Below are positions 39,888 to 49,152 of a stretch of DNA of 64,000 nt, piece by piece. Below the pieces are notes generated by a model. That model did not search any database. It was not told the origin of the DNA and saw nothing but the letters and a program-made list of their open reading frames with translations. The translations under genes and the position numbers were made by a program. The DNA is taken from assembly GCA_965223325.1 (NCBI GenBank), contig CBDCWI010000002.1, forward strand, positions 3,648,001 to 3,712,000. The letters are read 5' to 3'. How positions within the stretch are numbered: position 1 is the first letter of the stretch; each line of letters opens with the position of its first letter. This DNA is from Candidatus Multivoradales bacterium. GTDB taxonomy: Bacteria; Acidobacteriota; Thermoanaerobaculia; Multivoradales; Multivoraceae.

Positions 39888-40853
39888 ATGGGCACTTTGA
39901 TGCTCGATGGCGACCAGGTGCGCGAGCTCCTGCCGATGTCGGCTTGTATCGAGGCGCTCGATGGCGCCATGCGCGGCACCAGTGCGGGGACCTTCGAGAT
40001 CCCGCCGCGGACGTTCACCGCTCTCTCGGACCAATCGGGTTTTCTGGGCGTCATGCCGGGAACCTCGACGGACCCTCTGGTTTACGGCGTCAAGATCATC
40101 AGCCTGCACCCCAGCAATCCCGAACGCGGCCTGCCCGCTATTCAAGGTGTTGTGGTGTTGTTCGAGCACCAGACCGGAACCCCGTTGGTGATCCTCGATG
40201 GCGCCGAGCTCACCGCCATTCGCACCGCCGCCGCTAGCGGCCTGGCAACTCGTGAGTTGGCGCGGCTCGAGGCGGCGACCCTGGGCATCTTCGGCTACGG
40301 CGTCCAGGCTAGAACCCACCTCGATGCCATCGCCGCGGTGCGCGATATCGAGGAGGTTCTGGTCTGGGGGCGTGCCTTTGAGAAGGCCGAAGCGTTCGCC
40401 GCGCTCCACTCTCAGCGCACCGGTCTTAAAGTGCGCGCAGTACAGGACGCATCGGATGCCGCTCGATGCGACGTCGTGTGCACCGTCACCGGCTCTCACC
40501 AGGCAGTCCTCGAAGGTCGGTGGCTAGAACCCGGGGCGCACGTCAACCTGGTGGGCACCCACACCCCAGAGGCCCGCGAGGCCGACGCCTGTGCGATCAG
40601 GCGAAGTCGAGTCTTCGTCGATTCAGCGGAGTCAGCGGCCACCGAGGCCGGCGACATTTTGATGGCGATCGCCGAGGGCGTCGTCGACGCTGGGCACACC
40701 CAAGGTGAGATCGGCCAGGTGCTGGCAGGTGAGGTGCCCGGGCGCACCGGAGATTCCGAGATCACCCTCTACAAGTCGGTCGGCCTGGTTTCACAAGACC
40801 TCGCTGCGGCGTACTGCCTGTACCAGCGCGTCGCGAGGGCGCCCTCTGCCTGA
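39888..40853 (+). CDS. Ornithine cyclodeaminase / mu-crystallin family protein
   Basis: LTAIRTAAAS, GYGVQA, LYKSVG…QDL. Confidence 0.9.
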   Translation: MGTLMLDGDQVRELLPMSACIEALDGAMRGTSAGTFEIPPRTFTALSDQSGFLGVMPGTSTDPLVYGVKIISLHPSNPERGLPAIQGVVVLFEHQTGTPLVILDGAELTAIRTAAASGLATRELARLEAATLGIFGYGVQARTHLDAIAAVRDIEEVLVWGRAFEKAEAFAALHSQRTGLKVRAVQDASDAARCDVVCTVTGSHQAVLEGRWLEPGAHVNLVGTHTPEAREADACAIRRSRVFVDSAESAATEAGDILMAIAEGVVDAGHTQGEIGQVLAGEVPGRTGDSEITLYKSVGLVSQDLAAAYCLYQRVARAPSA

Positions 40854-40883
40854 CTTTGTCAGGCAGATCGGGGAGTCCGAGAC

Positions 40884-41714
40884 TCAGTCGAGGCAGCTCC
40901 CCTCGAGGCCGATCGAGAACCGCCCGTCGGCAGAGGTCGATCCGCTGACGAACCCGCGGTCGCCATTGCGGAAGTTCCAGACAAACGAGCCGAAGGCAGG
41001 GATGTCGATCCCTGCGTTCATGATGGCGTCGGTGGTGATCGTGCTGACGGTCTTGTCTGAGCTGTAGATGAAACTGCCGAAAGAGACGCCCTGTTCGTCG
41101 TAGATATCGACATCGGCGAGCGCCGTGTTGTTTCCTGACAGGTTGTCCGGTGTGAGAATGAAGAACTCGGTGCCATTGAACACCCCGCCGGTTCCGTAGC
41201 GCGTGCTGATGCTGCCGCAGAGGTCAGAAAAGGAGGGCAGAGAGGCGCCAAAGGCGAAGTCATTGGCCAGGTCGACGAAGTACCAGTCTCCGACCAGCAC
41301 CGGGTTGTCGAGAAAACCGCCCTGGTTGTCGAGGACGTCAAAAATGACGTAGCCGATCGGCGCGCCGATATCGGGATCGTCCGGTAGCGGGACGTCGCGA
41401 ATGTTCACCGTCAGCGTGTCCTGGGCGCCGAGGGTCGTGTCATCGGTAATCGCGGTGCCGTCGGCGAGCACATAGGCGACCCCGAGGTTGATCGGGCTGT
41501 CGCTGGCGTTGCGCACTGCGAAGAGGCTGACCTCGCCGCCCGGGAAGTCGAGAAAGAGAGGCATGATCAGGCTGCTCTCGCGAACCCCGAGGCGTTCGGT
41601 ATTGGGAACCAGCTCGTCCGATGACCCAGCCCGAAGTGGTGTGACGACGAACTGGCTGAAGGTGGTGGCAGCGAGAAGCAAGGTGGCCACGAGGAGGCGA
41701 GAGAGGATCGACAT
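40884..41714 (-). CDS. Exported hypothetical protein
   Basis: Signal peptide, 276-aa beta-rich ORF, GGAG RBS. Confidence 0.7.
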   Translation of the reverse strand: MSILSRLLVATLLLAATTFSQFVVTPLRAGSSDELVPNTERLGVRESSLIMPLFLDFPGGEVSLFAVRNASDSPINLGVAYVLADGTAITDDTTLGAQDTLTVNIRDVPLPDDPDIGAPIGYVIFDVLDNQGGFLDNPVLVGDWYFVDLANDFAFGASLPSFSDLCGSISTRYGTGGVFNGTEFFILTPDNLSGNNTALADVDIYDEQGVSFGSFIYSSDKTVSTITTDAIMNAGIDIPAFGSFVWNFRNGDRGFVSGSTSADGRFSIGLEGSCLD

Positions 41715-41855
41715 GATGGGACTCCGAAGCGGTGGGATTTGGGGCCGCCGGGGGGGTGACGTGGTGCGGCCGGCGAACTCAAACGATTTTGCGCCGGCGT
41801 CTGCGCGCCGTCAAGGAGTGGTCGCCTGCCGACAGTTCGTCGCGCGCGGTGGGAA

Positions 41856-42074
41856 CTAGCTGTCGTCTTCGACGCGGAAAGCCACCTCCACCGTCGTCTG
41901 CCAACGCTCGACCGAGCCGTCTTTCGCCAGGTTGGCTCGCAGATCGACGATATGGGCCCAGGTCAGGCCGCGAACTTTCGAAGCCGAGGTGGCGACCGCT
42001 GCTTCGACGGCATCTTCGATGCTCTTGGTGGACTCTCCGACGAGTTTGGTCATCTTGTAGGTGCGTGTGGACAT
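41856..42074 (-). CDS. Dodecin (flavin-binding)
   Basis: TYKMTKLVGESTKSIEDAV…W…WQTTVEVAF. Confidence 0.88.
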   Translation of the reverse strand: MSTRTYKMTKLVGESTKSIEDAVEAAVATSASKVRGLTWAHIVDLRANLAKDGSVERWQTTVEVAFRVEDDS

Positions 42075-42247
42075 GAGCAGGTTCCTTTCGGGGTTGTCTA
42101 GTGGACCGGTGGTTGGGTCTGGCCTGACGAAGCTCGACGAGCTTCTTCTGCCGCAGCGTGGGTCGGCCCGTCGCGTTCAGTGTTTCATCCCAGGGCCTGG
42201 GTCGCTGCCGCTCCCGCTGTAGGCTCTCTCGAACAGAGAGGGTTTCG

Positions 42248-43453
42248 ATGAAATCAAGACGGAGATGCAGAGGCCTCAGGTCCAGAGGCCTCGAGTCCTG
42301 GGGCTTCAGGTACTGGGTGCTTGTGCCTACAATTGCGGCGCTGCTCTTTGCCCCTCCGCTTCTGGCTCAGGAACCCGCAGCGGTCTCGAGTGCCGAAGAG
42401 GCCCTCGAACTGGGAGGACTCGGTAGTCGCATCGAAGCGCTGTCTGGTCTCGGTGGCTATTTCGACACCGACAACTTGATTTCCAACGAGCGCGCCTACG
42501 GCCGTGTCGTCGATCGGGTCGCGCCTCGCGGCGGCGTGTACATCGGCGTTGGACCCGACCAGAACTTCCACTACATCGCACGCCTCGAACCCAAGTGGGC
42601 GTTCATTGTCGACGTGCGGCGCGACAATGTCTTGCAGCATCTCCTGATGAACGCAGCGCTCGTTCACTCCGAAACCCGGCTCGAGTACCTGTGCTTCTTG
42701 TTCTCGCGCCCCTGTGTTCCCGGTCGTGATGCAGGGAGCGATCTGCGGTCGCTGGTCGATACGTTCTCTGGTCTCGGGCCGGCGACGGAGGCCGGTGCAG
42801 CGGAGGTCCTGTCACGCGCTCTGCGGCATATCGGCCAAACGGTGGGCTTCGAATTGATTGAGCGTGATCGCGAGATGATCGCTTCGATCCATGAGGCTTT
42901 CCGCCGTGACCAATTGAACCTCCGGTTCCAGAGTCACGGGCGTTCGCCCCGCCGCGACTATCCCAGCTACGGCGACCTGCTTCTCGAGACGACGCCGACA
43001 GGCGACCCGGCGCATTTTCTGGGGTCGAAGAAGACCTTTCGGGTCGTTCGAGATCTAGCGCGGGCGGGACGCCTCGTGCCGGTGGTCGGTGACTTCGGCG
43101 CGCACGAAGCCAGCGCCTTCAGCCGCATCGCGGAGTTCGCTAAAGAGCGCGGTGAGCACGTCACCTTCCTCTACACCTCCAACGTCGAGTACTACCTGCT
43201 GCGCGACGGCAGCTTCAACGAGTGGGTGGAGAACGTACGTACCCTGCCTCGACGCCAGGACGCGGTCATGTTGCGCGCCTACTTCGACTACGGGCGCACC
43301 CACCCCGACCGCCCCGCCGACGGTTCCTACACCCGCAACACCATGGTGCTGCAACCGGTCAGCGCCTTTCTCGAACTCGCCGATCGCGGCGAATTCCGAA
43401 CCTTCTGGGACCTGTCGACCAAGGGGCGACTTCTGCCGGAAGACCAGCGGTGA
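42248..43453 (+). CDS. Exported conserved hypothetical protein
   Basis: Signal-like segment; GGYFDTDNLISNE, YIGVGPDQNF, YTSNVEYYL; start uncertain. Confidence 0.7.
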   Translation: MKSRRRCRGLRSRGLESWGFRYWVLVPTIAALLFAPPLLAQEPAAVSSAEEALELGGLGSRIEALSGLGGYFDTDNLISNERAYGRVVDRVAPRGGVYIGVGPDQNFHYIARLEPKWAFIVDVRRDNVLQHLLMNAALVHSETRLEYLCFLFSRPCVPGRDAGSDLRSLVDTFSGLGPATEAGAAEVLSRALRHIGQTVGFELIERDREMIASIHEAFRRDQLNLRFQSHGRSPRRDYPSYGDLLLETTPTGDPAHFLGSKKTFRVVRDLARAGRLVPVVGDFGAHEASAFSRIAEFAKERGEHVTFLYTSNVEYYLLRDGSFNEWVENVRTLPRRQDAVMLRAYFDYGRTHPDRPADGSYTRNTMVLQPVSAFLELADRGEFRTFWDLSTKGRLLPEDQR

Positions 43454-43466
43454 AGCGAGACGGTCC

Positions 43467-43632
43467 CTAGTACCCCGTACCATTGAAACGCACATCGTCT
43501 GCGCGGTCCTCGCGCTCGATCTCTGTGTTGTCACTCCTCGACAGATCACCACTATGCCTGCGTCGTGACGCCTTGATCTCGAGCACGATCATCCGCTCAG
43601 CCACCATCCGTTTCAATGGTACGGGGTACTAG
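43467..43632. mobile_element. MITE-like element (166 bp)
   Basis: Perfect 24-bp terminal inverted repeats CTAGTACCCCGTACCATTGAAACG (43467-43490) and its reverse complement (43609-43632); no ORF. Confidence 0.8.
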
Positions 43633-43798
43633 TCGCCATCGTCGCCATCGGTAATGGCGTGCGCCGCTCGACGACCAGGCGCCTAGGCCAGGCACGGTTG
43701 ATCACTGCAGCCTCGAGACTGAGATCGATCACCACTACCGGGGCCGAGTGCGAGCACGGGTGATCAGTCGCGGTCTTTCAAGGTGAGCACCAAGTATC

Positions 43799-43825
43799 GT
43801 CAGAAACTATGATACTGTTTCTGAC
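43799..43825 (+). promoter_or_regulatory. Operator palindrome enclosing a -10 box, upstream of the DUF6088 antitoxin
   Basis: GTCAGAAAC-TATGATACT-GTTTCTGAC just before the AAGGAG RBS. Confidence 0.7.
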
Positions 43826-43840
43826 AGAAGGAGATACCCG

Positions 43841-44440
43841 ATGACTTCAACCATCCAGCAGATCCGCGAACACGCCCAGAAGTACCGGGCCGGAACCCCT
43901 TTGACCGCAAAGGGGCTACTCCATCTGGGGAGTCGCGCTGCCGTTGACCAGGCACTGTCGCGTCTCGCACGCTGCGGCGAGCTGCGGCGCATCTCACGTG
44001 GCCTCTATGTCCGTTCCATCGAAACACGCTTCGGATCTCGCCTACCGGAAGCGAGTGTCGTACTCAGGGAGCTCGCCAAGCAAACAGGTGAAGCGTTCTT
44101 TCCAAGTGGTGCCCTTGTGGCCTACAACAGGGGGCTAACGAGTCAGGTACCGGTCCGACAGGTGTACTTGACAAGCGGCAGATCTCGGATGCTCTTCCTC
44201 GGCGCGCAGACCATCGAGCTGCGACACACCAAGCAAGGGCACCTTGGATCAGCGGCGAAGTGGACCAACGATGCTATTCGGCTGCTGCAGTGGGCACGCC
44301 CAGGCCAGGAAACCGATCGCGTCATCGAGCTCCTCACGGAGACCGGCTCAAACAAGGAGATGCAGGACCTTCTTTCCCTCAGACCTCACCTTTCGACCCC
44401 GAAAGCAGTTCGTCTGAGCGAACTCGCCCATCGTGCCTGA
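43841..44440 (+). CDS. DUF6088 / AbiEi-like type IV TA antitoxin
   Basis: SRAAVDQALSRL…LRRISRGLY, GLTSQVP..VYLTSG.SR; overlaps the AbiEii-like gene. Confidence 0.85.
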   Translation: MTSTIQQIREHAQKYRAGTPLTAKGLLHLGSRAAVDQALSRLARCGELRRISRGLYVRSIETRFGSRLPEASVVLRELAKQTGEAFFPSGALVAYNRGLTSQVPVRQVYLTSGRSRMLFLGAQTIELRHTKQGHLGSAAKWTNDAIRLLQWARPGQETDRVIELLTETGSNKEMQDLLSLRPHLSTPKAVRLSELAHRA

Positions 44441-44748
44441 GACCTTTCTCGAACTGTCCGGAAGCGACAAGAGGGACGTTCTTCAGATCGGGGCAGATCG
44501 GGGCAGATCGATCAGGTCGCCCTGCTGATCTCCTTGAGAAGGACGTCTGGGTCGTTCGTTGCCTAGAAATACTCTGGGAGCAACGATTCGCCGAGCATCT
44601 ATCTTTCAAGGGGGGAACCTCCCTCTCGAAGGTTTATAAAGCCATCGACCGCTTCTCTGAAGACATCGACCTGACCTACGACATTCGCGAGCTCATCCCC
44701 GACCTGATGAACACTGACGAACCTCTCCCCAAGACTCGAAGCCAAGCT
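44433..44748 (+). pseudogene. AbiEii-family nucleotidyltransferase toxin, frameshifted and truncated
   Basis: GTG at 44433, 10-bp duplication at 44484-44503, then LLEKDVWV, FKGGTSLSK, RFSEDIDL; family-like sequence appears to end near 44748. Confidence 0.8.
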
Positions 44749-44854
44749 GGCCCTGAGGGACTACGTGCCCGAGTGGAGGAGTCTCAGGCTGGCGAACACC
44801 CGGTTGCAACTCCGCTCGGTGCGCATCTAATGTCGTGCGGTTCAACGAAGTCTT

Positions 44855-45568
44855 TCAGTCGCGGGTTCTCGACCGCATCGCTCGAGGATGATCAGAGCTG
44901 CCTTGGCACTCCAGATGCCGGCGCTGCAGCTGGCTAGCTAAGGGTGTCTGCCCTTGCTTTTCGATGTCCTCGATTGCTCGAGAGACATTCCATTCGGGCG
45001 GGCAATCTTCGACCCAGGCAACGAGCTCATCTTCCGACTCTGGAAGTTGTTTCACCCAGCGCTCAACCATGGATCTGGACAGTGCCGATCCCGGCCAGTC
45101 GGCAGCGAATTGTGGCTCTGTTCGCTGCTGGCGTAGCGCGACGCTAAAAGCACTCAGTCCGATCAGAAGGGCAACGCCAGCAACTGAGACAGTCCGCAAC
45201 CAAACGATCCCGGAAGGGTTCCACTCTTGCGGTTTACGGACCCAACTCCTCAGGCTGAACCAGAGGCAGGGGGCCAGCAGGAGGCCGACCAAGCCGAGCC
45301 CGAAAAACATGACACCGAGAGCAAAAACAACCGCGACGATACTCGCGGCCTTTCTTAGTCCCGGGATTCCCGAGTCGGATAGCCCCTGCCAGGAACGAAT
45401 TGCCGCCAGCGCCAGGAACCACGACGCCGACAGCAGAGCCCATCCCTTGACCGGAGGCAAGATCCAGTCGGCGGCGGCCGACCCGCATACAGAGCAGGCC
45501 TCCGCGGGGACGCTCGACAGTGCCAGGATCGAAAAGCCGGCGAGGGTGAAAAGGGTGCGTGATTTCAT
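44855..45568 (-). CDS. Hypothetical membrane protein
   Basis: Signal peptide, CSVC motif, three to four TM helices; AT-rich upstream region. Confidence 0.65.
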   Translation of the reverse strand: MKSRTLFTLAGFSILALSSVPAEACSVCGSAAADWILPPVKGWALLSASWFLALAAIRSWQGLSDSGIPGLRKAASIVAVVFALGVMFFGLGLVGLLLAPCLWFSLRSWVRKPQEWNPSGIVWLRTVSVAGVALLIGLSAFSVALRQQRTEPQFAADWPGSALSRSMVERWVKQLPESEDELVAWVEDCPPEWNVSRAIEDIEKQGQTPLASQLQRRHLECQGSSDHPRAMRSRTRD

Positions 45569-45680
45569 AGTTTGTGACCCTGTGGGGGCATAAATCTAAT
45601 TATACGAATATTTCGAATCTCACGAAGAGGCTGGGAGCGCTGACATCACGTCCCGTGGGGGTACACGAAGGGGCTGGGCG

Positions 45681-45764
45681 GGGTACGTGTACGGGGTAGG
45701 GTACGTGTACCGGGTAGTTCGGGTGGTGTACCGCGAGGGTACGTGTACCGGGTAGTTCGGGTGG
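45681..45764. repeat. RAYT-flanking repeat cluster (left)
   Basis: 29-bp direct repeat AGGGTACGTGTACCGGGTAGTTCGGGTGG at 45698 and 45736, plus a partial copy at 45681. Confidence 0.85.
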
Positions 45765-45985
45765 AAACGCGGCGCGTGGGAGTCGCTTTGGCGGTTCGTG
45801 CTCGTATCGACAGCCGCTTTGGCTAGGCAGACACAGTTTCAGTGCACCAGTTCAGGCTGAGAAGGTGCCTGACCCACGATGTAGCTGCCACGAGGCGCAC
45901 CCCACCCTGGAAGAGCCCCACCCTCTTCTTGAGATGCCCCATCTGGCGATGAGCGGCCGGACGGACCCAACCGCTCCCCAGAACG

Positions 45986-46471
45986 CTACGGTGGCGGCAA
46001 CCCCTCGGGAGCGGGCATGTAGAGACCTGTCGGGATGAACGCATGCTCGGGAAACTCATCAAGGGCTTCCCTGATGCCCTTTCGCAGTCGAGCCGACGCA
46101 AGGCGGTAACGGTCGATCCACAGATCCCGCATGTCCACGTAGTGCTTCCACATCTCAAACGTCGCAGCGTGGACCTTCGGGCGCTCGCTCTTCTTCGAGT
46201 ACTCCGGCTGGTAGGCGAACTGGCTCTTGTCGGTCAGGCAGAGGAAGTCACGGATCTGCTCGGCCGACTCTGCACGGACTAGGAGATGGACGTGATTCGT
46301 CATGAACACGACGAAGCACAGGCCGAGGCCGAACTTCGCCTGGGCGTAGGCGAGGACTCCGATGAGGAGCTCGTTGAGCCTCTTGGAGGGGATAAAGAAG
46401 AACCTGCTCTGGAAGGTCTTAAGCGTCACTTCGTACATGTTGTCGGGCGGAAGCCACCGGGGGTTTCTCAT
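45986..46471 (-). pseudogene. RAYT-like (Y1 HUH) transposase, apparently internally deleted
   Basis: R.PR…YEVT.KT, VFMTNHVHLL (HUH motif); jumps to a C-terminal SKKSERPKVHA…FP segment with no recognisable catalytic-Tyr helix. Confidence 0.7.
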
Positions 46472-46604
46472 ACCCCTATGAGACGCAAACCGGCCGCGAG
46501 CCCTGACTGCGCACCAGCCGTCGTCACCGAGGTAGGAACCGCCGTCTTCTTAGGACGCAGAAGCCCGCGAGTTCCTTACAGACTGCCAATGCCGCTTCGC
46601 GCTG

Positions 46605-46664
46605 CCCGAACTACCCGGTACCCGTGCTCCCCCGGTACCCGTGCTCCGTACCCGTGCTCCCCCC
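46605..46664. repeat. RAYT-flanking repeat cluster (right)
   Basis: CCCGAACTACCCGGTAC is a perfect 17-bp inverse of the left repeat, followed by three GTACCCGTGCTCC units. Confidence 0.85.
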
Positions 46665-46867
46665 GGATGTCGGTCATTGCGCGGGCTCCGGAAGCAGGGG
46701 TGAGCTGTTGCTTCCTTGTTCCGGATCTGCGCGTCATTGTTACTGGCGCCGTTCTGCCCGTCGTCGCACGTGTGGCGTTAGGGTTGAGGTTGTGGGTAGA
46801 GCTTCCGCGCCGACTAGACAAGGTCGAAATCAATGCCAAATGCCTTAGAGCGAAGGGAATCCAGGTA

Positions 46868-48373
46868 ATGCGAAGTCGTTTCTCGCCGTTCCTACTTACG
46901 GGGTTGGTCTTTTCTATAGGTCTATTGGCTGCTCATAGCGAGCTGGCCAGCCAGCCATTGCTATCTGCTGAACGCGGAGGGTCGCAGGCGCTCCGAATTG
47001 ACTTCGGGCCAAGCGACACTGTTGCGGTGTCGCCTCTGGGTCCCACCTCGGCAGCCTTGCTTCTCGGCAGGGCGCGCTACTTCAACGGGTCTCTCTTTGT
47101 GAATCGCCCGGTCGCAGAGGTCCTCAGGTCGCCAGATCCCTCGGGTCGCGTTGAGTACGAGTTCGGTATGAACGTTCCGGCAACTTCCCTATGGGTCGCG
47201 GTCGACTTGGAGACCGGTGCGGCGAGTGAACTTCTGGGTGGCGGCGCTGGGACGTTCGAGACCCAGGTACCCCCAGACGCGATACGCGAGGAGTCAGGGA
47301 AACGGAGCCTGCTGTACTTCCCGCTGGGGACTGCGACGTTCTGGCTGGTCCGCACAGGCGGTGAGCTGCAGAACGCTGGGATCTGGATGGCCTCCGTCTT
47401 CGATGCCGATCCCCTGGACGTGGATGGGACGGCGAATGCCCAGGTCTTGGTTCGGCTTGCGGACATGGAGCCTTTTCAGGGCTTCGGCGTAGACCCCCCA
47501 ACGGAAGTCCTGCCGGGTGACTGGGTCACTGTCATCTCGGACCGCGATCAGACGTACTACGCGTTTCGAGTCACAGTGTCGCAACCTGGAACCGAGCCGG
47601 AGGACACGCTTCGGGTTATGGCGCGGGCCGAACCTGGCCTCCACAACAGTATCAACGACGCGGTGCGCGCCTTCGGCGGCTACACGATCTACAGTCAACG
47701 ACGGGGCGAAGAGTTGCTTCTTCGGGTCCCGGCGGACTCTTTCGGTAGCCTCCGCACGATGGCCCTTCGCGAACCCGCGTTCTACTCGCTTCGTGTCGAC
47801 GACTTCAACTGCAACCCGTTCGCCGAAGCGTGCAGGCCCATCGCTGTGGGGCTTTCAGCCGAACCGTCAGCCTCAGCAACGGTGGCTGAACTCGAGGAGG
47901 TGCTTCGCAGTTTGGGCGGGGAGCGTGTTGGCGGCCACTTCGCCCTTCGGGAGGATGAGATTCAGAACTTCGCCCACTCGTCGCGTGTCGACGGCGCCTC
48001 CATCCACATTCTTGGGAACGACCCCGACGCTGGGTCCGACTACCTGGGGCTAGGAGTCGGCCACCGTTTCACGGCCACCGCCACATGGTCAACAGCAGAT
48101 GGTCGCAGTGATAGTGCGCGCCCCAGAGAGCAAAGCGTGGCGAGTGGCTCAATGTACTTCTTCGGCTCCGACAACAGCGAGCTCTTCATCAAGGTACTCA
48201 ACGGCTGCGGACTCAACGGGCATCGGTGGGTGTTCATCTCGGGCTTGACCGATGTCGGTGTCGATCTAGTTGTGCGTGACCGGTTGCAGGGGCTAGAGCG
48301 ACGGTACACCTCACCGATTGGTGAAGCGTTCCAGCCCCGTTTCGACACGGTTGCGTTTCCCTGCTCGGGCTAG
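46868..48373 (+). CDS. Exported hypothetical protein with a Cys-containing C-terminal domain
   Basis: Signal peptide from ATG 46868; C-terminal YFFGSDNSELFIKVLNGC…WVFISGLTDV…DTVAFPC. Confidence 0.75.
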   Translation: MRSRFSPFLLTGLVFSIGLLAAHSELASQPLLSAERGGSQALRIDFGPSDTVAVSPLGPTSAALLLGRARYFNGSLFVNRPVAEVLRSPDPSGRVEYEFGMNVPATSLWVAVDLETGAASELLGGGAGTFETQVPPDAIREESGKRSLLYFPLGTATFWLVRTGGELQNAGIWMASVFDADPLDVDGTANAQVLVRLADMEPFQGFGVDPPTEVLPGDWVTVISDRDQTYYAFRVTVSQPGTEPEDTLRVMARAEPGLHNSINDAVRAFGGYTIYSQRRGEELLLRVPADSFGSLRTMALREPAFYSLRVDDFNCNPFAEACRPIAVGLSAEPSASATVAELEEVLRSLGGERVGGHFALREDEIQNFAHSSRVDGASIHILGNDPDAGSDYLGLGVGHRFTATATWSTADGRSDSARPREQSVASGSMYFFGSDNSELFIKVLNGCGLNGHRWVFISGLTDVGVDLVVRDRLQGLERRYTSPIGEAFQPRFDTVAFPCSG

Positions 48374-49152
48374 GCCTGGCGGGCGCTATCGCTATCTCGG
48401 CAACGTTCCGTTGACCTAAGTTTCGGAGTCAGCCTAGGTTCACGCTGCGTTTCCTCCCGCGAGGACGGAGGGGTGGACGTGGCCACAGTCGAGCGAGGGA
48501 CCGCCTGGCAATCACCGGGTTCGGTGGTCCGAGCTCGTTCTTGTATAGCGGGGCGCGCGGATGCGCGCACTCGGACTCTGGCGGCAGGATGGCGTAGGAA
48601 CGGTCAGGCCGGTGTCTTGGACAGACCACGTAGCATCGCGCCGATCTTCTGCTGCAGGGCGACCTGGTTGGTCGCCGCGTGAGGTCTGGACATTTGCAGA
48701 GCGAGGTCTTCGACCTTCGCCGTTTCCTTGAATCCTTCGACTACGAAGTCGAGAGTTGCAGGCCTGGCCATTTCCCGGATCTGGCAGCCGAGTAGCTCAG
48801 CGGCGACGAGGGTTCATCGTTGCCGTAGTGGTTGAGAAGAGCGAGATCTTCATAGATGAGGTCTTGGAGGCTGGGAAGGCGGTCGTAGTTTCGGAGGACG
48901 TAGTCGATGTCGCGGGCGTCCTTTGCAGCTGCTGTGCGGTCGCCGCGATCGAGCCAGGCGATGAGCTTCAAGAGCGTCAGGCCTATAGGCGACGCGACGT
49001 GCAGGGTGAGTGTAGCGGTCTTGGTTTAGTGGACAGTTGTTTGTGATGACGGCGATTCTGCCTCGTCGCCTTGGGAATCGGATCGCGAGGTTGCCCTGTG
49101 TTGGGCTTCTCGCGGGTGTTGCATGGTGCAGGTACCGCCATCGTGGCGCTCC

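Noticed and set aside
45681-45764. CRISPR array (29-bp repeats)
   Set aside because: Two full copies with a 9-bp gap and no cas genes; better explained as transposase-flanking repeats.
45986-46471. IS200/IS605 element with TnpB/IscB and a guide RNA
   Set aside because: No RuvC or zinc-finger ORF adjacent to the HUH gene.
46286-46867. 5' extension of the 695-aa ORF
   Set aside because: Runs antisense to the transposase and through the repeats; the signal peptide begins at 46868.
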